A stretch of DNA of 64,000 nt, taken from an uncultured Desulfosarcina sp. (GTDB lineage Bacteria; Desulfobacterota; Desulfobacteria; Desulfobacterales; Desulfosarcinaceae). The stretch covers positions 64,001 to 128,000 of the forward strand of contig CAXXWQ010000004.1 in assembly GCA_963674945.2 (NCBI GenBank), in the 5' to 3' direction. The notes beneath the pieces are model-generated. The model searched no databases, was not told where the DNA came from, and saw only the letters and a list, made by a program, of their open reading frames with translations. The first letter of the stretch is position 1. Each line of letters opens with the position of its first letter. The translations under genes and the position numbers were made by a program. Shown one piece after another: positions 27,044-37,155 of this stretch.

Positions 27044-28915
27044 TCATAAAATGCAGTCGTGAAACAGCTTATCCAAAGGCGTCGGGGTGATATGCTGTCC
27101 GATGACAATGATAAAATGTTCTTCTTCCCAATTTTCTCCCGCCGATTCGCTGAATTCGGAGATTTCGTAACGGCCGGACACATATTGGACCACCATGGGG
27201 GTGGCGTGGTCGGTGAAAGTGATGATACCTTTGATGCGAAAAATCGCAGGTGGCAGGCGTTCTTCAAGGGTTTGGATGAATCGGGAACGATTCAGCGGCC
27301 CGGTGAACACGATTTTGTGGCTCTGGATATTGTCGTGGGTGTGGTTGTGGTGGCCGTTTTGACCCCTTGGTATGATGTTCGGGGTATGTGGCGTATCCCT
27401 CGGATCGGGACTGTAGAGCAGGGACGGGTTGACCTCACCCCGGGTGGCGGCGATGATGGGGGCGCGCGGATTCCATTGGCGCAGGTGGGCCATGGCCGCT
27501 TCCTTTTGCCGGTCGGTCATGAGGTCCACCTTGTTGAGCATCAGGATATCGGCGGCTTTGATCTGGTCCACGGCAATGTGGGAGGCCTTGCAGGCATCCA
27601 GGTACATGGGACCGTCCACCATTGTGGTGACGGAATCCAGGCGCACAAGGTCGTCCAGGGTCTCCAGTTCTTCCACGAAATTCATGGGATTGGCCAAGCC
27701 GGTGGTCTCCAGGACCACGAAATCGGGCTGGAACCGGGTGCAAAGCTGGTGCAGTGCCGGTTTGAGGTGCCCGCTCAGGGTGCAGCAGACACACCCTTCA
27801 TCGATCTCGGTGACCACCAGGTTGTCGCTGCCCAGCAGTTTGCCGTCCAGGCCGGTCTGGCCGATCTCGTTCTGCACCACGGCAACGAAGCGGTCCCGCT
27901 GAATCTGATAGGCCACGAAGTTTTGCAGAAAAGAGGTTTTGCCCGAACCCAGAAAACCGGTAAGGACGATCATGGCGGGCCGGTCGTCGATGCCCAGCAA
28001 CTTCTTATCCAGACTCTTGAAATCGCCGATCTTGTGGGACTGCCACCACAGGGCCTTTTCCCATGTGTCGGGAATGGGCAGACCGGGCCGCCAACGGATG
28101 GCGTCCGCCTCGTTGACGCCGGCTGGCGAAGAAGTTGGATTCGGTATTTCACCGCCGAATACCAGGCGACAGAGATGTCGCTGCGTCTTCTCGTCCGGTT
28201 CTTGTAATTGTTTTCCATCGGACCAGTAGCGGGTGATATGACCCGGGCTTTGTCGGTGCGTAAAAGCGGACGGAGGCAGTTCGAGACTGAATCCCGCCGA
28301 AGCGCCGATCACTTCGTAAATGGCCCGGGCGATGGCAAAGGCCGGCAGGTGCTGATCCCATCCGCCGGGCGGCACAAGTGTGACCGGACCATCGGGGGTG
28401 TCCACCCGCACGCCGTCCGCTGCCCTGCTGGCCAGCCAGTTGTCGGCCAGCAGGGTAAGCGCAACGGTGCCATGGTCCAGATCGATGGTCAACTCCAGAT
28501 CCCCGATGTAAAAGAGCGAACACAGATCGGCGTGTCGGGAGAACTGCCGAAGGCACGAGAGATATTGATCCTGCTGGGTCCATGCCGCTGCCGGCAGTGA
28601 AAACTGTTCCACCGTCTCCTCGTCCGGCGAGGGAAAGTAGTTGAGTTGAAAGCGACCCGCAAGTTGTCGTCCCGACCGTCCGGCTCCCATCCAGACCCAG
28701 GCGAATACTCCTGGCCAGCCGGCGATCTTGACGGTCCATGCCTCGGTATCGGTGGCGCATTGGTTTACCCCCCGCCACCCCAGGTGATGACGCACCGCCG
28801 GTACGAAATTGGCGCGCACCACCATGGCGCGCAAAATGCCCGGCAGGGCCGTTTCCGGGGAAGCCTCGATGTCGCCGGGGTAGAGTTTGCGCAGCGATTG
28901 AAGACAAGATGCCAT
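27044..28915 (-). CDS. CobW/COG0523 G3E metallochaperone GTPase with long N-terminal extension
   Basis: LTGFLGSGKT, QNEIG, GCVCC, LETTGLA, LNKVD, HHNHTH, RIKG CobW_C; ATG 28915 after AGGAGAG. Confidence 0.85.
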   Translation of the reverse strand: MASCLQSLRKLYPGDIEASPETALPGILRAMVVRANFVPAVRHHLGWRGVNQCATDTEAWTVKIAGWPGVFAWVWMGAGRSGRQLAGRFQLNYFPSPDEETVEQFSLPAAAWTQQDQYLSCLRQFSRHADLCSLFYIGDLELTIDLDHGTVALTLLADNWLASRAADGVRVDTPDGPVTLVPPGGWDQHLPAFAIARAIYEVIGASAGFSLELPPSAFTHRQSPGHITRYWSDGKQLQEPDEKTQRHLCRLVFGGEIPNPTSSPAGVNEADAIRWRPGLPIPDTWEKALWWQSHKIGDFKSLDKKLLGIDDRPAMIVLTGFLGSGKTSFLQNFVAYQIQRDRFVAVVQNEIGQTGLDGKLLGSDNLVVTEIDEGCVCCTLSGHLKPALHQLCTRFQPDFVVLETTGLANPMNFVEELETLDDLVRLDSVTTMVDGPMYLDACKASHIAVDQIKAADILMLNKVDLMTDRQKEAAMAHLRQWNPRAPIIAATRGEVNPSLLYSPDPRDTPHTPNIIPRGQNGHHNHTHDNIQSHKIVFTGPLNRSRFIQTLEERLPPAIFRIKGIITFTDHATPMVVQYVSGRYEISEFSESAGENWEEEHFIIVIGQHITPTPLDKLFHDCIL

Positions 28916-28993
28916 GCGTCGATGTTCTCTCCTTTTCATGGGGTGCGGCCGGGCCACAATTACGACCCGGCCGCTTGCTCGGGGTCCGGGGGG

Positions 28994-30160
28994 TCAGACG
29001 CCGAAGCTGATGGTATCGCCGTTGCCAAGATAGGCCGGATCCTTGGAGCGGTGGCGGGCCGTTCCCTTGATGACCGGATAGCCCGCGGCAATGAATTTCT
29101 TGGCGCACACAATGCCGGTGCAGTGGTTGCAGCCAATTTTCTCAAAGCCGTATTTTCCCAGGGAGATCACCAGGTCGTCATACTTGGGGTCCCAGTCGTC
29201 AAAGGGGGAGATGTGCAGCCCCCCGTAGATGCCGTGGAAGTTGTCGCCATCGTATTTGATCTCCCGGTAGGCGGTCTCGGCGAACTGGATGATGCTCTGG
29301 TGGCAGCATCCGGTCACGCTTACCAGTCCCTTGTCCTTGACGTTGAAGTAAAGGGATTGCTCGCCGTAGACACGGCAGATGATGGGAATGGCGAAAACGA
29401 ACCCGGCCATGCCCGGAACCACCTTGTTCAGGCCTGCTTTGACCACGTGCAACGGGCCCTTGTGGCCGGCGTCCTTGATGTACTGCAGTCCTTCCTCGTA
29501 AAACCCTTCGGGAATGTAGATGGGGATGGTCGGGTCGTACTTCAACGTAACCGGCAGTCCCCAGAAGTGATCGAAATGCTCGTGGGAGATAAACAGGGCC
29601 TTGATTTCCCGGTTTCGCAGCATCTGGTCGATGCCTTCGCGACGGAAGCACTCGTCCGTCCACTGGTAGGACCACCCGCTGTCCAGAAGGTATTTGGTTT
29701 TTTGGCCGTCCAGTGCCTCCACCTCCACTAATGCCGCATACCCGCCGGCATTTTCCGGATGCACCGAGAGCTTTTCCGTGATCGCCCACGCCTCGTCAAT
29801 GCGGTCGGGCAGCAGGTGCTTGATTTTGGCGATGCCATTGGCATAGGACCCTTTTCCCAAACCGGTACCATCGCCGAAGGGCGGCCAGTTATAGTCGTAC
29901 TGGTTTACCAGCAGGCCGCCGGCACCCTTGATGTCGCTCATCAGGTCGGCATTTTTGAACCAGCTGGTTTCGGTAATATTGGTAATTTTGACGCTCTTGC
30001 AGGCACCGATATCGGTCAGCTTGCGCTTTACTTCGGCAAATTGGCGTTTTCGCCAGGGCGAGTAGGAATAAATGCCCATGGATGCCAGCATTCCACCCAT
30101 GACGCCCACGGCCGCCCCCTTGAAAAAATCGCGCCGGCTGATATTTGATTTTTCCGACAT
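28994..30160 (-). CDS. Tat-exported metallo-beta-lactamase-fold hydrolase (COG1237-like)
   Basis: SRRDFFK Tat motif; LLDSG, SHEHFDH (HxHxDH), EQSL, TGCCH, GGLH, CNHCTG. Confidence 0.85.
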   Translation of the reverse strand: MSEKSNISRRDFFKGAAVGVMGGMLASMGIYSYSPWRKRQFAEVKRKLTDIGACKSVKITNITETSWFKNADLMSDIKGAGGLLVNQYDYNWPPFGDGTGLGKGSYANGIAKIKHLLPDRIDEAWAITEKLSVHPENAGGYAALVEVEALDGQKTKYLLDSGWSYQWTDECFRREGIDQMLRNREIKALFISHEHFDHFWGLPVTLKYDPTIPIYIPEGFYEEGLQYIKDAGHKGPLHVVKAGLNKVVPGMAGFVFAIPIICRVYGEQSLYFNVKDKGLVSVTGCCHQSIIQFAETAYREIKYDGDNFHGIYGGLHISPFDDWDPKYDDLVISLGKYGFEKIGCNHCTGIVCAKKFIAAGYPVIKGTARHRSKDPAYLGNGDTISFGV

Positions 30161-30190
30161 GATCGACTCCTTTTCTAAATGGCTTGTGCG

Positions 30191-31603
30191 TTACTTGATA
30201 ATATCGATGGCACGATAAAACGCCGGCAGCAAAGCAACGGAGATAAAGTAGATGGCCACACCGGCCAGCACTCCGCCGCCCAGGCCCCATCCGAACGATG
30301 TTCCCCATCGCACTTCGGCGATGGCCTGTTGCCGGGCCTGGTGGTCCGCTGCGATCTCTTCCGCGGTTTTGGGCACCGCCTTCCACGCCGGCCAGTTGTC
30401 CATGAACCAGTGATGCACCAGCCAGATATCGATCAGCCAGATGGTGGGGATCATGGGAAACTGCTGGGGATGAGAAAAACCCTTCTGGGTCCCTAAGAAA
30501 AGATGGGAGATGCGGTAGTAGAAGATGTAGAGCAGCACGGCCGCCACGATGGTCACGGTGGTGCGGATCAGGACATTGACCGGCATGCTGAACTTTTTGG
30601 GCCAGTTGCCGCAGTAGAAGGTGACGAACAGCGCCGGTACCAGGAAGAACACCGCCATTTCACCCACATGCAGCCAGCGCCAGTCGGGCGCGAAATCCCG
30701 CCGCGTGCCGCGGATGGCCGGCCCGTACGTCAGTTCCTGAACGAAGTAGAGAAAAAAGTGCATGGCAAAGGCGATGGCGATGATTCCGAAAAAGGCAACC
30801 ACCCGGCGGCGCCAGGGTGTGCGGATCATATTGAAGGGAAACCGTTCCCAGATGGTCTCCACCAACCAGACGGTGACCGTACAGCACATGATCCAGGAGA
30901 CGTGGAAGTTTCCTGAAACCGTATCGGCGAATTTTTCCCAGTACGGGGGCGTGATTCCGGTAAAGGCCTGCCAGGGATCGTACAGAATCGCCATGTGTGA
31001 ATGCATGGTCGTAAAATAGACAAGGGTACTCAGGAAAAAGGTCATGATCAACATGCTGAAACCTTTGGCCGGCTGTTTCAGTCCCTGCCAGGGGGCCTCT
31101 TCACAGGCAACCACCCAGGCCGGGCTCAGCCAGGATGCGATGGCGGCGAACATCAAACATGCCAGGGAGGCATATTCGATGGCAAAAAACTCGGTGATGC
31201 CGGGCAGCCGGGTCAGGCGCTCGGGATTGAAATAGGCGAGACCGAAGTTGCCCAGAATGCCTTCGAAAAAGCCTTTGATCAAAATCAGCAGGATACCCAC
31301 CGATACGGCGGTAAGAATGATCCCCTTCACCAGCGGGTGGGTTTCGCGAACCCATTTCTGGCTGAAGGGCCAGTAATTGAAGAGGTAAACCATCCAGATG
31401 AGCACAATCAGCCACCAGCGGGTATACATATAACCCACATAGGGCGTGTACATGCGCATTATCCCCCGGGGATCCTGAAAGATCCACCATGTCAGATAGA
31501 ATACCGCCACGGTCAAGACCAGACTGACCAGGGCCGGAATGGGGCCCTTCCAGCGCTTTTCCAACCGGCGGCTCTCCAGGTAATTCATGGATTGCCCTTC
31601 CAT
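30191..31603 (-). CDS. Polytopic membrane protein of unknown function (~12 TM, internally repetitive, possible transporter)
   Basis: 470 aa hydrophobic, Trp-rich, recurring N[YW]WPF/ERFPF/NWP motifs; RBS AGGAG. Confidence 0.7.
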   Translation of the reverse strand: MEGQSMNYLESRRLEKRWKGPIPALVSLVLTVAVFYLTWWIFQDPRGIMRMYTPYVGYMYTRWWLIVLIWMVYLFNYWPFSQKWVRETHPLVKGIILTAVSVGILLILIKGFFEGILGNFGLAYFNPERLTRLPGITEFFAIEYASLACLMFAAIASWLSPAWVVACEEAPWQGLKQPAKGFSMLIMTFFLSTLVYFTTMHSHMAILYDPWQAFTGITPPYWEKFADTVSGNFHVSWIMCCTVTVWLVETIWERFPFNMIRTPWRRRVVAFFGIIAIAFAMHFFLYFVQELTYGPAIRGTRRDFAPDWRWLHVGEMAVFFLVPALFVTFYCGNWPKKFSMPVNVLIRTTVTIVAAVLLYIFYYRISHLFLGTQKGFSHPQQFPMIPTIWLIDIWLVHHWFMDNWPAWKAVPKTAEEIAADHQARQQAIAEVRWGTSFGWGLGGGVLAGVAIYFISVALLPAFYRAIDIIK

Positions 31604-31931
31604 AATGTCACTCCTTTGTTAAACAGTCCTTAGTGTAAGCCAGCAGATAAAATGTTGCCCGATAGAATCGTTGAAACGAGGCCACCTCCTTTCCATCATG
31701 GATTTCCTTGGATCTATATCGACGGTGCGATGGTTTATGGATTTGCGTATCTTTTGATGGTTGATAGAGAGAGCTGAGATGGGTCGGTTACCCGGCTGAA
31801 GGCGTGTGGGCGGATCCTGAAGCGATCTCTCTTTTGGGAGCATTGACCGGCAACAGCCGGGCTTTATGGACCCGAGACGCCTCTTCGCCCTGAAATCGTG
31901 ATATGGGGAAGGTGGTTTGGTACCTTGGGTC

Positions 31932-32708
31932 TTACACGATGAAATTGTCAGGCGGTCCGTCATCTTTCGGACTCCTGTCCAGGTGCTGCAATGCCTCCAC
32001 AACAGTTGGAGACATCTCCACGCCTTTTTGAGCGATCAGTAAACGACACTGGCGCAGAATATAATGTTGAATGCCCAGATGCGCCTGCGCCTGGTTACGG
32101 TTTTGAACTGCGTTAAAGACACCCACAAGGTCGGCAAACAGCGACGCCTTTTCACCGGCGTTCAGAGGATGGCCGAAAATCGACTCCTCCCGGTGGGCTG
32201 CAATTTGCCGGTGAATTGCAATCATCAGCGGATTGCCGGTGCTTTGCGCCAATTGTCTGTGAAAATTGACATCTTCGACCATGAGCTGATCGTATTGATT
32301 GTCGATGCTGGCACGGCTCAGTTGCGTCAGGCAGCCCTCCAGGCGATCGACATCCTCACCGGTGGCGGTACGTGCCGCCTGGGCTGCGATCACCGGTTCC
32401 ACCAGGTAACGTGTTTCCATTACCTCCGCCAGCGAAGGCCGGCTTTTTCCTTCCGAAATCAAAGACGGCAAAAAGGAAGGCGTCTCTTTGCTCAAAATGT
32501 AGTTGCCGCTTCCCGGGCGGATATCCACCACACCGTGGGCCTGCAAAAGACGCATGGCGCCCCGCAATGTATTACGGCTGGCATCTAACATTCCGGCCAG
32601 TTCCCTTTCCGACGGCAATCGTGCACCCACCTTCCGGGCATCGTCCTGAATCAGTTGCATCAGTTTGCGGGAGACTTCCTGTTCCTTATTTGCAGTGTGT
32701 TGTTTCAC
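31932..32708 (-). CDS. GntR/FadR-family transcriptional regulator
   Basis: LPSERELA…SRNTLRGA…GSGNY wHTH; FCD domain (R..VE, DVNFH, GNP). Confidence 0.9.
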   Translation of the reverse strand: MKQHTANKEQEVSRKLMQLIQDDARKVGARLPSERELAGMLDASRNTLRGAMRLLQAHGVVDIRPGSGNYILSKETPSFLPSLISEGKSRPSLAEVMETRYLVEPVIAAQAARTATGEDVDRLEGCLTQLSRASIDNQYDQLMVEDVNFHRQLAQSTGNPLMIAIHRQIAAHREESIFGHPLNAGEKASLFADLVGVFNAVQNRNQAQAHLGIQHYILRQCRLLIAQKGVEMSPTVVEALQHLDRSPKDDGPPDNFIV

Positions 32709-32723
32709 GGGCCACCCCTTTTA

Positions 32724-32736
32724 TTGGTATTACCAA
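32724..32736. promoter_or_regulatory. FadR/GntR-type operator 1
   Basis: TTGGTA-T-TACCAA palindrome just upstream of the gntR start; matches the TTGGTnnnACCAA PdhR/LldR-type consensus. Confidence 0.7.
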
Positions 32737-32806
32737 ATTTTTATATTTAATCAATATTTTTCTAATAAATTTATTTTTAGTAACCATTAACATATAAAAG
32801 GCTATT

Positions 32807-32819
32807 TTGGTAGTACCAA
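32807..32819. promoter_or_regulatory. FadR/GntR-type operator 2
   Basis: TTGGTA-G-TACCAA, second copy 83 bp from the first. Confidence 0.7.
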
Positions 32820-33003
32820 TTTATCGACAAAAAAACCCCTCGCCTTCTCCTGCTTCACGCAGAAAAGTCCGTCGATTGGGTAAAATTGCGTTACCTGCCG
32901 CGGAATCGTATCAAAAAATACAAATCGACAAGGGGATTAACCGCAGACGATGATACAGGAAGCCATGGGGACACATTTCAGAAAACCGCCGCAATGGGGA
33001 ACG

Positions 33004-34320
33004 TCAACGCTTCTTTCGGGCGGTACGCCAATTTTTGAGTGCTTTGAGAAACGGTGTGTCGTAAACGGCATAGTCGTTTAGATGGGCGGATGAAAAATGG
33101 TTGCTGCGTTCCGAACAAAGGATGAGAACACTGCGCATCACGCGACGCTCATAAAAGGGCTTGGCAAAATAAGACCGGATACCGTGGGGAATGAACAGGG
33201 CCCAATCGATGGCCTTGATGCTGGCAAAGGTGTTTTCAACAATCAGATGATCCAACTGGAACCGGCTGATATTTTCGGCAATGGTTCCCTCATAAGCAAA
33301 GACCTCGCCCTGGGGAAGGGCCTGGAACGGCCGGCCGGCATAGTAAACCACGACCCGGTTTTTTTTGGCGTAGATATCCGAATACATGATGGCATCAAAG
33401 TGCTGGTCACCGAACTGGTGTTCCAGCAGTACCTGGAGGGCCTTGGTGATGCTCTTGACGGGCTTGATTTTGCTGGTCAGCATGCGGCTGTGCTGGTGTC
33501 TGGCATCCTGCACCGGTCCGCTATCCGGATAACCGCCGTCGACACCCATTGCGGCCGATGCATCCACCCGGATATTGTGGATCGACGCCCGGTACAGTCT
33601 GCGCCCTTTCAAGAGCAACAATCGCATGGTGACGTCTCCTGCAAAGATCGAGTGATCCTTGCGTTTGAACACCAGGCGGCCTTCCCATTTTTTATCGAAA
33701 ATCAGATCCTCGTAAACACGCTGGAGAAGCGGATCCACACTGGGGTGCAACAGCTCCGATACGTTAATCCCGTTCAACTCGTTGGATCGATATTGAAAGG
33801 TGTCCCGAACGGCCGCATTATGAGCCGCAATGGTCCTGTCCCCCGGGTCGATGAGCATTGCCGGGGTCTCCGTCAATTCAACCATCGCCTCCATCTCCGC
33901 ATCGCTTTCGGCGATGGATTGTACGATATTTGCGGTAAGAGAGACATCAAGCATGTAACCGATATAAAGGTGGGGCGTTTTCGGATTCGGAACGCCGGTC
34001 ACCTTGATCCATCGGACCGGAGCGTCCCCTGTTTTCAGTCTGAACAGTGTCGCCGCCGTTTCTCCCCTGCGAACGGTCTGCATGAACTCCTCGAGCAGAT
34101 AGATATCATCTTCAAACACCGTCTTTTTCCGGAATTCACTGTTTTGCAACAAGAGACCGGAGTTGGCGCCAAGCCCTTCGATGCGATAGGCATTGAGGTA
34201 TTCTATTTTGTTCTTAATCAGATCGATGCGCCACAACAATGCGGGGAATGCATTGATGAAGTCGAGTAACTCTTCGGTGCCAAGCCGTCCGATGGGAACG
34301 GTTTCCGGTTTATTCGCCAT
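33004..34320 (-). CDS. PAS-PAS-GAF-like sensory protein without a recognisable output domain
   Basis: Two PAS-like segments (VRWIKVTG…GYMLDVS; HNAAVRDTFQY…WEGRLVFKRKD) and a GAF-like C-terminus (GIRSYFAKPF…LILCS). Confidence 0.6.
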   Translation of the reverse strand: MANKPETVPIGRLGTEELLDFINAFPALLWRIDLIKNKIEYLNAYRIEGLGANSGLLLQNSEFRKKTVFEDDIYLLEEFMQTVRRGETAATLFRLKTGDAPVRWIKVTGVPNPKTPHLYIGYMLDVSLTANIVQSIAESDAEMEAMVELTETPAMLIDPGDRTIAAHNAAVRDTFQYRSNELNGINVSELLHPSVDPLLQRVYEDLIFDKKWEGRLVFKRKDHSIFAGDVTMRLLLLKGRRLYRASIHNIRVDASAAMGVDGGYPDSGPVQDARHQHSRMLTSKIKPVKSITKALQVLLEHQFGDQHFDAIMYSDIYAKKNRVVVYYAGRPFQALPQGEVFAYEGTIAENISRFQLDHLIVENTFASIKAIDWALFIPHGIRSYFAKPFYERRVMRSVLILCSERSNHFSSAHLNDYAVYDTPFLKALKNWRTARKKR

Positions 34321-34862
34321 GAAAATGTCTCATATCATTCTACCCTGTGAAAATGTTCCTGTCTCAATGAATCAAAAAAGGCCGTCATTGGGTAGATCGT
34401 TCAACAATTGTTTTCGTTGGCCTTGACCCGCCGAGGATCCGCCTTCCTGGCATGCCATTTTCTATAGCTGATATGCGAAGGTGGATAGAATGTCAACGTC
34501 TCTCAATGTTTCCATGAAATGACCGATGCCTATCGATCGTGGTAGGACTCGTATTTCCTGTTACAAACTTGCAATTATCGGACAACATTGACCTGGAGAA
34601 GGAAATTTTTTATATTACACAGAATCTGAAAACCTGATTGTTGTCTCATACCCGCAATCGATGAACCGTTGAAAAATCGGAACCGCCATGATTGAAAAAA
34701 TCGGTAAGCGCCGCAGTTTCGATACCAACGGAAAAAACGGAGTTCTTTCCGGAAACACCGCATTCGTAACAATGGCCTCTATTATCGTACTTACTACCAA
34801 TACTCTTTCAGCTGCAGTGGCTCCCAAATCTGTTTATGGCATCTAATCTTCAGGAGATGATT

Positions 34863-35627
34863 ATGGACAAAAAAATCGGTATTATTGGTGGATCGGGCAT
34901 GGATGACCCGGAGTTGATGAAAAATATCCGGGAAAAAAAAGTGACAACACCTTACGGCGAACCGTCTTCCAGCCTGGTGACCGGAAACATTACGGATGTG
35001 GATGTCGTATTGCTGGCAAGGCATGGCAAAAATCACACGATCTATCCGACAGGTGTCAACAACCGGGCCAATCTCTATGCCCTGAAGGAGGAAGGTTGCA
35101 CCCATATACTGGCCACCACGGCTGTTGGGTCCTTGAGGGAAGAGATCCGGCCGGAGGATTTTGTTTTTACCGATCAATTCATCGATTTCACCAAGCACCG
35201 GGATCTCACCTTTCACGCGGACAAAGTGGTTCATACCGCCATGGCCGAGCCGTTTTGCCGTCAACTGCGCGCCATACTGGTGGATACGGCCAGAGCGCTT
35301 GACCTGCGCCATCACGAAAAGGGGACGGTGGTCACCATCGAGGGACCCCGATTTTCAACCAAGGCTGAATCCCACATGTTTCGTCTGTTGGGTGCAGATG
35401 TCATCAATATGTCCACTGCTCCCGAAGCCATCCTTGCCCGTGAACTGGGCATCTGTTATCAAGCCATTGCCATGTCGACGGACTACGATTGCTGGCGTGA
35501 AGGGGAAGAACCGGTTACCTGGGATATGATCGTGTCGGTCATGAAAAAAAATGTGGATAACGTCATCAGACTGATCTTGCACGCCATTCCCAAAATCAAC
35601 CACAACGAATGCGAATGTAGAGGATAG
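34863..35627 (+). CDS. mtnP: S-methyl-5'-thioadenosine phosphorylase
   Basis: IGIIGGSG, TPYG, LARHG, TTAVGSL, IEGPRFSTKAES, INMS, TDYDCW. Confidence 0.92.
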   Translation: MDKKIGIIGGSGMDDPELMKNIREKKVTTPYGEPSSSLVTGNITDVDVVLLARHGKNHTIYPTGVNNRANLYALKEEGCTHILATTAVGSLREEIRPEDFVFTDQFIDFTKHRDLTFHADKVVHTAMAEPFCRQLRAILVDTARALDLRHHEKGTVVTIEGPRFSTKAESHMFRLLGADVINMSTAPEAILARELGICYQAIAMSTDYDCWREGEEPVTWDMIVSVMKKNVDNVIRLILHAIPKINHNECECRG

Positions 35628-35637
35628 GAGATCGATT

Positions 35638-36168
35638 ATGATTAAAGAGCTCATCAGAACCGTTCCCGATTACCCCAAAAAAAATGTCATGTTCAGGGAT
35701 ATCACCACGTTGATCAAAGATCCTGTCGGCTTCCGGCTCGTCATCGATGAATTTACACGGCGGTACATCAAAGGCGATATTCAATTTGATATCATCGTTG
35801 GGATCGAATCCCGTGGCTTTATTATCGGCGGTGCTCTTTCCTATGCCCTCGGCAAAGGATTCATTCCCATTCGAAAGAAAGGAAAGCTGCCGGCCAAGAC
35901 CGTTCAGCAGGAATATGAACTGGAATATGGCACTGACATCATCGAAATGCATGAAGACTCATTGACATCAGGAAGCCGGGTATTGCTCATCGACGACCTG
36001 CTCGCCACCGGTGGAACCGCCATCGCCTCGGCCAAGCTCATCGAAGGTCTTGGAGCAAAAATTGAAGAGATGGCATTCATCGTAAACCTGCCGGATATCG
36101 GCGGACAAGCGAAGCTTGAAGAAATGGGGTATCATGTTTTTGCACTGACGGAATTTGAAGGCGAATAG
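35638..36168 (+). CDS. apt: Adenine phosphoribosyltransferase
   Basis: PDYPK..VMFRDITTL, GIESRGF, RKKGKLP, YELEYG, LIDDLLATGGT. Confidence 0.95.
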   Translation: MIKELIRTVPDYPKKNVMFRDITTLIKDPVGFRLVIDEFTRRYIKGDIQFDIIVGIESRGFIIGGALSYALGKGFIPIRKKGKLPAKTVQQEYELEYGTDIIEMHEDSLTSGSRVLLIDDLLATGGTAIASAKLIEGLGAKIEEMAFIVNLPDIGGQAKLEEMGYHVFALTEFEGE

Positions 36169-36257
36169 ATCGCATAAACACGGATGCAGAAGCGAAACGC
36201 CGGATCACTTCCATACGTCTGGAAGTTGATCCGGCGTTTGCGTCATCAACGGAAAGA

Positions 36258-36905
36258 TTATCTGTTCACAACAATGCATTTCGCCGCCTGATCGTGGAGA
36301 CATTGGTTTTTTTCTGTAAATAACGCCATGATGTATCCAATACCGAAAAACATGCTCGAAAAAATTCTGGCAAAACCATGTCCTATCGCCCTTCCGACGC
36401 CAATTCGATTGCCATCCAGATCCGTCACTTTTATCTTCATCAGTATTTTTCCGATGGACCCTTGTGCGGGTGAACCTTCCATCGCCGAATAATAAATCCA
36501 CAACGTAAAAATAAACATTCCCCTCACGGCATCCTGCAGTCCAGGATCTCCACGATTTGCAGCGGCGAATATCAGTGTGACGATAAATACGAGGGTCATA
36601 TCGATGACAAAACCAACGAATCGTTTCCCCAAGGAGGCGTAATTTATCGCAGAAGGCGAATAACCTTGTACATTGTTTATATTATTCACGTCAGGTTCTC
36701 CACAGTGTGGACAACTTATCGCATTCTTAGAAATTTCCTTTTTGCACGCCCTGCATGTTGTCAGCAGATCGATATTATCGGAGACGTTCCTTTCTTCTGT
36801 TTTCTTGTATTTACTGAAAACGATTCCGCAATGTTGACAGTCTACACTGTCGATAGGATTCTCTTTTCCGCATTTGGGACATTCAGGCATGTTTTGGCCA
36901 TTCAT
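36258..36905 (-). CDS. RDD-family membrane protein with N-terminal zinc ribbons
   Basis: CPKC/CQHC/CRAC/CPHC; YASLGKRF…ID, SIGK, QCLHDQAA. Confidence 0.85.
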   Translation of the reverse strand: MNGQNMPECPKCGKENPIDSVDCQHCGIVFSKYKKTEERNVSDNIDLLTTCRACKKEISKNAISCPHCGEPDVNNINNVQGYSPSAINYASLGKRFVGFVIDMTLVFIVTLIFAAANRGDPGLQDAVRGMFIFTLWIYYSAMEGSPAQGSIGKILMKIKVTDLDGNRIGVGRAIGHGFARIFSSMFFGIGYIMALFTEKNQCLHDQAAKCIVVNR

Positions 36906-36979
36906 ATTTTTCTCCTTGTACGAAGCACTTAAAAAAACCGACACCGAAACAGATCAAATCGGAAACGAAACAATTTTTA

Positions 36980-37090
36980 ATTTCTGTCAAAATGATGGAA
37001 CTAGAGAACACTACTGTTATTCTCGGAAGATAAACAAAAAAATAAAGTACTTTTACGAATAAAACGAAGATTCGTTGAATTCGGTGAAAA
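36980..37090 (+). repeat. Diverged ~110-bp intergenic repeat, copy 1 (copy 2 at 49130-49240)
   Basis: Shared collinear blocks TGTC.AAATGATGGAAC.AG.GAA, TATTCTCGGAA.AT, AAAAAAT.AAG, TGAATTCGGTG. Confidence 0.6.
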
Positions 37091-37155
37091 AAATATTCCC
37101 GGGACGCAACAAGGTTCCAAATTCCGAATGTATCGCTCGACAGGTAAGATGTTCC

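Noticed and set aside
28916..28996. The MBL hydrolase TGA stop is in frame with the downstream CobW ORF with no intervening stop (possible third Sec read-through or fusion)
   Set aside because: The MBL domain is already complete (GNGDTISFGV), CobW has its own AGGAGAG RBS and ATG, the linker is low-complexity, there is no compact SECIS-like loop, and fusing a Tat-exported enzyme to a cytoplasmic GTPase is implausible.
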